Shown: in pieces, positions 17,531 to 21,536 of the stretch
Position numbering within the stretch: position 1 is the stretch's first letter
How the letters are laid out: every line of letters starts with the position of its first letter
Origin: Pirellulales bacterium
GTDB taxonomy: Bacteria; Planctomycetota; Planctomycetia; Pirellulales; UBA1268
Direction: 5' to 3'
Length of the DNA: 24,000 nt
NCBI GenBank assembly: GCA_041744595.1
Contig: JBGTKO010000374.1
Coordinates: 10,904-34,903, forward strand
Notes under the pieces: generated by a model
Database searches by the model: none
What the model was told of the DNA's origin: nothing
Seen by the model: the letters and a program-made list of their open reading frames with translations, nothing else
Translations under genes and position numbers: made by a program

Positions 17531-17558
17531 CATTCGCACGCCTGGAGGCGTGCGCCAC
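17531..17558. repeat. Right arm of the perfect 28-bp inverted repeat (CATTCGCACGCCTGGAGGCGTGCGCCAC)
   Basis: Exact reverse complement of 17368-17395. The two arms are 135 bp apart. Confidence 0.85.
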
Positions 17559-17671
17559 ATGCGTTGCGGCCGTGAGGCCAACCCCAAGCGGATGCGGTTC
17601 ACGACTCATCCTCAACCAATGGCGAGAAAGGCTCATAGCGCCCGTTTGGTCAAATAAAAGTAAAAGCCCCT

Positions 17672-17746
17672 CTCGAGTTCTTCACATATGTCCTCGGACT
17701 TTCCCATCGCGTCCGCACTGGCGACCTCGAATGTGGTCACTCTTGA
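17672..17746 (+). pseudogene. 3'-terminal remnant (last ~24 codons plus stop) of a paralog of the LuxR/GerE-type HTH gene at 19434-19751
   Basis: It translates to LEFFTYVLGLSHRVRTGDLECGHS*, compared with HEFFTYILGLSHRIRPDEAECSHS* at the end of the intact gene. In the first 14 codons the differences are three synonymous third-position changes plus two V/I swaps. The frame is closed by TAG 17636-17638 and no HTH-coding part lies upstream. Confidence 0.7.
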
Positions 17747-17922
17747 TGACGCAATAATGCGGACCACAAAATGACAGCTTGCAGAAAGTGATGGCACCGA
17801 TACGTTAGCCACACTCACCTGATAGGCGGTGACCGGTGGCCCACACCCTCCAGGACAGATCAAAAAGGGACACACCGGTGTCAAGTAAACGTCGCCTGAT
17901 TCCAAGATTCAGGAGTTGCCCC
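17747..17922 (+). repeat. Copy A of a conserved non-coding leader (paralogous to 19752-19927)
   Basis: My hand alignment shows strong blocks. GGACCACAAAATGACAGCTTG aligns with GGACCCAAAAATGACAGCTTG. TAGGCGGTGACCGGTGGCCCACACCCTCCAGGACA aligns with TAGGCGATGGCCAGTGGCCGACGCCCTCTGGAACA. CGCCT..CAAGA..AGGAG precedes the ATG in both copies. The length from the GA(G/A)TTCTTCAC anchor to the ATG is 248 nt in both copies. Confidence 0.7.
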
Positions 17923-18033
17923 ATGGGCCGCACTTTCGGCGGGCTCATTCACCTAAGTCACGAGCATCGCCAGCCAGCGTGTAACGCCGAGGATGCTATC
18001 TGGAAAGCTTCGATGGCTGGTGATGTCACGTAA
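17923..18033 (+). pseudogene. Probable decayed 5' fragment of a paralog of the heme-oxygenase-like gene at 19928 (36-codon ORF)
   Basis: The ATG sits at the same offset behind the conserved leader, with an AGGAG 7 nt upstream. The 3' part, GAAAGCTTCGATGGCTGGTGATGTCACG, aligns with GAAGCTTTCGCTGGCTGGTGGGATGACA in the intact gene (peptides IWKASMAGDVT vs LLKLSLAGGMT) after a 21-nt indel. It ends at TAA 18031-18033. The first ~60 nt align only weakly. Confidence 0.45.
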
Positions 18034-18076
18034 TTCGTTCGGGATGACTTGCTACCGCAGGGCTTTGCGGCGGATC

Positions 18077-18168
18077 GCATGCGAACGATGGCGCTTGGGA
18101 TCGTGCCACGGCGAGTCGGTTCGGTTACAGAGTTTCTCGCGGGTTTGTGCCGGGCCTACAGTTCACCC
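18077..18168 (+). repeat. Left copy of a ~92-bp inverted repeat bracketing the desaturase gene
   Basis: By my hand alignment it matches the reverse complement of 19168-19259 at 75 of 92 positions. The core CGGTTCGG..ACAGAGTTTCTCGCGGG.TTGTGCC is nearly identical. Weaker similarity with an indel extends outward by about 25 nt. The copy ends 61 nt before the desaturase start. Confidence 0.8.
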
Positions 18169-18229
18169 AACGTGGGTAGTCCCAGGTTGCGGAAGTGTCT
18201 TTGGCGGTTCTATCCTTGAGAGGTGATTT

Positions 18230-19132
18230 GTGAACGGTTGCTCCTCGACACTATCCGTGGCCGCTAAGGCATGCCCTTCGCGACGAACTGAACAGCCGAT
18301 CAACTGGCCCGTGTTGGTCTCGTTCACGCTGATGTATATCGGAGCCGCGCTGGCCCCCTTCCATTTCTCCTGGAGTAGTCTGGGGATAGCGGTGGTCCTC
18401 TACTGTGTAACTGGAATGGCCATCACGCTGGGCTACCACCGTCTTTTGACTCATCGCAGTTTCCAAACCTTTGACTGGCTGCGCAATGTCATCGCCTACT
18501 TCGGATGCATGGCCTTCATTGGCGGGCCCCTGACCTGGGCCGAAATTCATCGGCTTCACCACCAGCACTCTGACGAGGAGGAGTATCCTCATCGTCCGCA
18601 CGACGGGTTCCTTTGGTCGCACGTGCTATACGCCTTCCGCCTCGATCCCGATTCACACAGGGCACTGAACTACGTAAAGGATCTCAGGCTATCGGGAGTT
18701 CTGACTTGGCTGGAAAAGTGGAGCTTTGTCCCTCAGTTATCGAGCTTCGTTGCACTCTACATCCTCGGCGAGCTTGTCTCCCCGGCCCCCTGGGGTTCCG
18801 GGTTGGGGCTCTCGTGGCTGCTGTGGGGTGGATTTGTCCGAACCGTCGTGATGTTAAATGCTGCGGGACTTGTGAACTCCGTGACCCACATCGTTGGGTA
18901 CCGAAATTTTGAGACCAAGGATAACTCACGAAATCTCTGGTGGGTCGCGCTGATCACCTTCGGCGAGGGCTGGCACAACAACCACCATGCGCAACAGCGT
19001 TCTGCCGCTCATGGAATGTTGTGGTGGGAACTCGATCCCACGTTTTGGGCGATCCGCCTTCTGAGTGCGTTCGGTTCGGCCTGGAACATTGTTGAACCGA
19101 TCGTACCGGATCGCCTGCCACGGGTGACATGA
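18230..19132 (+). CDS. Membrane fatty-acid (acyl-CoA/acyl-lipid, Delta9-type) desaturase
   Basis: 300 aa with a GTG start preceded by GAGAGGTGA. The three His boxes are in canonical order: HRLLTH, HRLHHQHSD, HNNHHA. Hydrophobic hairpins flank them. Confidence 0.85.
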   Translation: MNGCSSTLSVAAKACPSRRTEQPINWPVLVSFTLMYIGAALAPFHFSWSSLGIAVVLYCVTGMAITLGYHRLLTHRSFQTFDWLRNVIAYFGCMAFIGGPLTWAEIHRLHHQHSDEEEYPHRPHDGFLWSHVLYAFRLDPDSHRALNYVKDLRLSGVLTWLEKWSFVPQLSSFVALYILGELVSPAPWGSGLGLSWLLWGGFVRTVVMLNAAGLVNSVTHIVGYRNFETKDNSRNLWWVALITFGEGWHNNHHAQQRSAAHGMLWWELDPTFWAIRLLSAFGSAWNIVEPIVPDRLPRVT

Positions 19133-19167
19133 GAGCCAATGATGGCCAGTGCGTGTTGTCAGGGATC

Positions 19168-19259
19168 GGTTCTACGGTGGGCCTGGCACAACCCCGCGAG
19201 AAACTCTGTGGCCGAACCGCCTCGCGGTGGGACGATCCCAAGTGCCGCCCTTCGCATTC
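19168..19259 (-). repeat. Right copy of the ~92-bp inverted repeat bracketing the desaturase gene
   Basis: It is the reverse complement of 18077-18168 at about 80% identity. It starts 35 nt after the desaturase stop and lies about 175 nt upstream of the HTH gene start. Confidence 0.8.
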
Positions 19260-19433
19260 AAACCTCCGCAAGGACGCAGCCCTCCAGGCCGGGGTTCACT
19301 CCCACGACCGGCGCAAAAAAGTTTTCTGGGTTCTGTGCGTTGTCTTGGCATGGCCGTTCAAAGCCGCCCACACGACCGCCGACCCCAAATCCACCCCCGG
19401 CCCACGCCACTCCCCCCGCAGCTGACTGCCGCC

Positions 19434-19751
19434 ATGGCCCGCCCCACAACCAAACCCCACGCAACCCGCAAGGCATCCCTCCCCCCCCTCCCTTTGGACC
19501 GCGGACATTGGCAGGCGATCGTGGCCGCGATCGGTCTTTCGCCGCGGGAAGCGGAAGTGGCCGAGCTCAAGATCCGCGGCGCGCAGCTCAAGGAAATGGC
19601 CGCCCTCCTGGGCATCGCAGTAACCTCGGTGCGGGGCTTCCAGGACCGCATCTGCGCGAAGGCGGGCATCCGCCGTCACGAATTCTTCACGTATATCCTC
19701 GGGCTTTCCCATCGCATCCGCCCGGACGAGGCCGAATGTAGTCACTCATGA
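19434..19751 (+). CDS. Small LuxR/GerE-type helix-turn-helix transcriptional regulator (HTH domain only)
   Basis: I chose in-frame ATG 19434 (105 aa) over the track starts at 19139/19149, which run through the inverted repeat and a Pro-rich low-complexity translation. LSPREAEVAELKIRGAQLKEMAALLGIAVTSVRGFQDRICAKAGI fits the GerE pattern (LxxRExEVxxL...G...KEIAxxLxISxxTVxxHxxxIxxKLG). No receiver or ligand-binding domain is present. No clear Shine-Dalgarno sequence is seen, so the start is uncertain. Confidence 0.7.
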   Translation: MARPTTKPHATRKASLPPLPLDRGHWQAIVAAIGLSPREAEVAELKIRGAQLKEMAALLGIAVTSVRGFQDRICAKAGIRRHEFFTYILGLSHRIRPDEAECSHS

Positions 19752-19927
19752 CGACGCAGTACTGTGGACCCAAAAATGACAGCTTGTGGATTGTAATACC
19801 ATGGTTAACGTAGCGACGACCTCTTGGTAGGCGATGGCCAGTGGCCGACGCCCTCTGGAACAAAACAAGAATAAACAGCCCGTAGTCGATTCTTTGCCGA
19901 CCGCCTACAAGAACGAGGAGGTATCTC
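19752..19927 (+). promoter_or_regulatory. Conserved leader (copy B) between the HTH gene and the heme-oxygenase-like gene; candidate promoter, operator or leader RNA
   Basis: It is conserved in blocks with 17747-17922 (see that feature). It contains the palindrome GGCCAGTGGCC and ends with GAGGAGG 7 nt before ATG 19928. The function is inferred only from this paralog conservation. Confidence 0.35.
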
Positions 19928-20620
19928 ATGGACCAAGTCATTGCCATCGTCGAACAGGCCAAGGAGTATTTCCATGCGGACCTCTTGAAGCTTTCGCTGG
20001 CTGGTGGGATGACAAGGCCGGTCTATGTGAGGTACTTGTCCTTTCAATACCATCTTACAAAGGGCGTGCAGCGACACTTCCTGGCGATCGCTGCTCATCC
20101 CTCACTCTCTGGCAGGCGGCAGTTTCGTAATTTCCTCTATGGCTTCGCCCTTGAAGAGGAACCCCATTTTGACATTGCCCGCCACGACCTGGAAAGCATG
20201 GGAGAAACACCGCTTCCCTGTCCGCTCGATGTCCGGTTGTGGTGGCATTATTTCGATACGGTTGTGGTAACACGGCCATTTGTGCGATTAGGGGCGACGT
20301 GCGTACTCGAGAATCTCGGTGCCGGAGCCGGTCCACTGGGGCATCGGCTGTTGGACGAGGCTCAATTCCTCAATGAACGAAACACACGATTCCTTCAGAT
20401 CCATTTTCACGAGGAACTTCCGCACGGCGACCAGATTCTGGCAGCCCTCAATGCAGCGAATGTGACCGCTCAGGAAGAGACCGACTTGGTGGAAGGAGCC
20501 AGAACAGGAGCGATCATGTACCTCCGGATGGTGCGGTGGGCGCTCGGCTGTGCTGACGTTACGAATGCGTTTTCCATACATACCGAGCCACTACCCCCGA
20601 CGCCGATCCTGTGTCCCTGA
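19928..20620 (+). CDS. Heme-oxygenase-like fold protein (iron-containing redox enzyme / HDO-like, putative diiron oxidase)
   Basis: 230 aa with a strong RBS. The sequence reads as all-helical. It carries carboxylate/His motifs spaced as in the Haem_oxygenas_2/PqqC/CADD-type families: FALEEEPHFDIARHDL, CVLENLGAG, LQIHFHEELPHGD. Confidence 0.55.
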   Translation: MDQVIAIVEQAKEYFHADLLKLSLAGGMTRPVYVRYLSFQYHLTKGVQRHFLAIAAHPSLSGRRQFRNFLYGFALEEEPHFDIARHDLESMGETPLPCPLDVRLWWHYFDTVVVTRPFVRLGATCVLENLGAGAGPLGHRLLDEAQFLNERNTRFLQIHFHEELPHGDQILAALNAANVTAQEETDLVEGARTGAIMYLRMVRWALGCADVTNAFSIHTEPLPPTPILCP

Positions 20621-20720
20621 GTATCGGGGTACACGGAAAAAAAGAGGAGCGGCGTTATCAGCCTGCCCGCCGGTGAGCCCCGACGCAGCAGATGTCGGCA
20701 CTTTTCAGGAGACCGTTCCA

Positions 20721-21488
20721 ATGCAAATCCAGGTGAACGGTGATCATGCCACGACGATCTCTAGCGCTGGCGAAGCAGCAATCGAGCCCTCGGGAAGTGA
20801 TGTCGGTCGGCATACGCTTTCTTTGGGTCCCACTCTCGACCGGATGACAATGAGAGCGCCACCGAGCTACACGGTGGAACAAATCGATCCGCAGTCTCGG
20901 ATGTTCGACCAGGTGCTTGCATTGAGGGGGCTCGCCTACCGCCGTGAGGAGGCCGGCAAGCGAGAAGAGATCGACGACTATTCGATCCATCTCATTGCTC
21001 GGCATGATGACGTCGTGCTGGGGGCCTTGCGGGTAACCTGTTACCAGCATGGGCCGTTCGAGTCACATGACCGCTATCCACGATGGCTGTTGGATGAGTT
21101 TGGCGACCGGATGAGTGCTGCGAGCCGGATGTGTATAAGACCAGAGTTGGCGGGGTGCTCGTCAATTCCACACGATCTGACCGTGCGTGGCTGGTCCACA
21201 GTGTTGCCAATGGGAGTGCGGATAGACGTTTCCAAGGCGAGGCTCAAGGCAATCCCATACTACATGAGAATGGGATACGTGTTCGTCCAGGACTCGATCT
21301 TTCGGTTTCATCACTGGGATGCAATGTGTGGTCTGATTGTCTATCCGGCGAATGCAGCGCATCGTGGCCAGTTTTGGAAGGTGTTTGAGAATATCGACAG
21401 CCCTTGTGACCTGCTGGCGTCAGTCAACGCGAATCGCTTCTCGGCTTCCTACCGTGACGTTCGGAGGGCATCCGAAGCAGCGATCTGA
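20721..21488 (+). CDS. GNAT-superfamily N-acyltransferase of the N-acyl amino acid synthase / OlsB / autoinducer-synthase-like type
   Basis: I chose ATG 20721 (AGGAG 9 nt upstream) over the track start at 20550, which overlaps the previous gene. MFDQVLALRGLAYRREEAG..EIDDYSIHLIARHDDVVLGALRV resembles the (L/F)R..VF..E.g...E.D.yD..a.HL......vG..R(L/V) signature of Acetyltransf_5/NAS-type enzymes. The later segments SRMCIRPE and AIPYYMRMGYVF fit the GNAT core. Confidence 0.55.
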   Translation: MQIQVNGDHATTISSAGEAAIEPSGSDVGRHTLSLGPTLDRMTMRAPPSYTVEQIDPQSRMFDQVLALRGLAYRREEAGKREEIDDYSIHLIARHDDVVLGALRVTCYQHGPFESHDRYPRWLLDEFGDRMSAASRMCIRPELAGCSSIPHDLTVRGWSTVLPMGVRIDVSKARLKAIPYYMRMGYVFVQDSIFRFHHWDAMCGLIVYPANAAHRGQFWKVFENIDSPCDLLASVNANRFSASYRDVRRASEAAI

Positions 21489-21536
21489 CCTCTTCCTCCC
21501 ACAGACGGAGGCGATGGATCAAGGCAAGGACCATAG

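Noticed and set aside
17790-17808. Sigma54-like TGGCAC element (ATGGCACCGATACGTTAG) in leader copy A
   Set aside because: The -12 element (TTGC at the proper GG-N10-GC spacing) is missing. The corresponding stretch in the intact copy B (ATGGTTAACGTAGCG) does not preserve TGGCAC.
17923-18033. 36-codon ORF with a good AGGAG RBS as a genuine microprotein gene
   Set aside because: Its position and its 3' half are paralogous to the start of the 230-aa heme-oxygenase-like gene, so a truncated gene remnant is the more economical reading. Expression of a peptide cannot be excluded.
17993-19271. ORFs 17993-18226(+) and 18954-19271(-) encode similar peptides (CHGESVRLQSFSRVCAGPTVHP vs SHREAVRPQSFSRGCARPTVEP), suggesting a small protein family
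   Set aside because: They are simply translations of the two arms of the inverted repeat. The 17 nucleotide differences are spread 7/5/5 over codon positions 1/2/3, with no third-position excess. The minus ORF also runs antisense into the desaturase gene.
311-20720. Longer N-terminal extensions given by the ORF track (starts at 311, 3509, 10937, 11651, 13431, 19139/19149 and 20550)
   Set aside because: Each extension overlaps the preceding gene or a repeat and translates to Arg/Pro-rich low-complexity sequence. Downstream in-frame ATGs (392, 3641, 10829, 11789, 13611, 19434, 20721) sit right after the upstream stop or behind an RBS-like purine run and begin recognisable domains or signal peptides.
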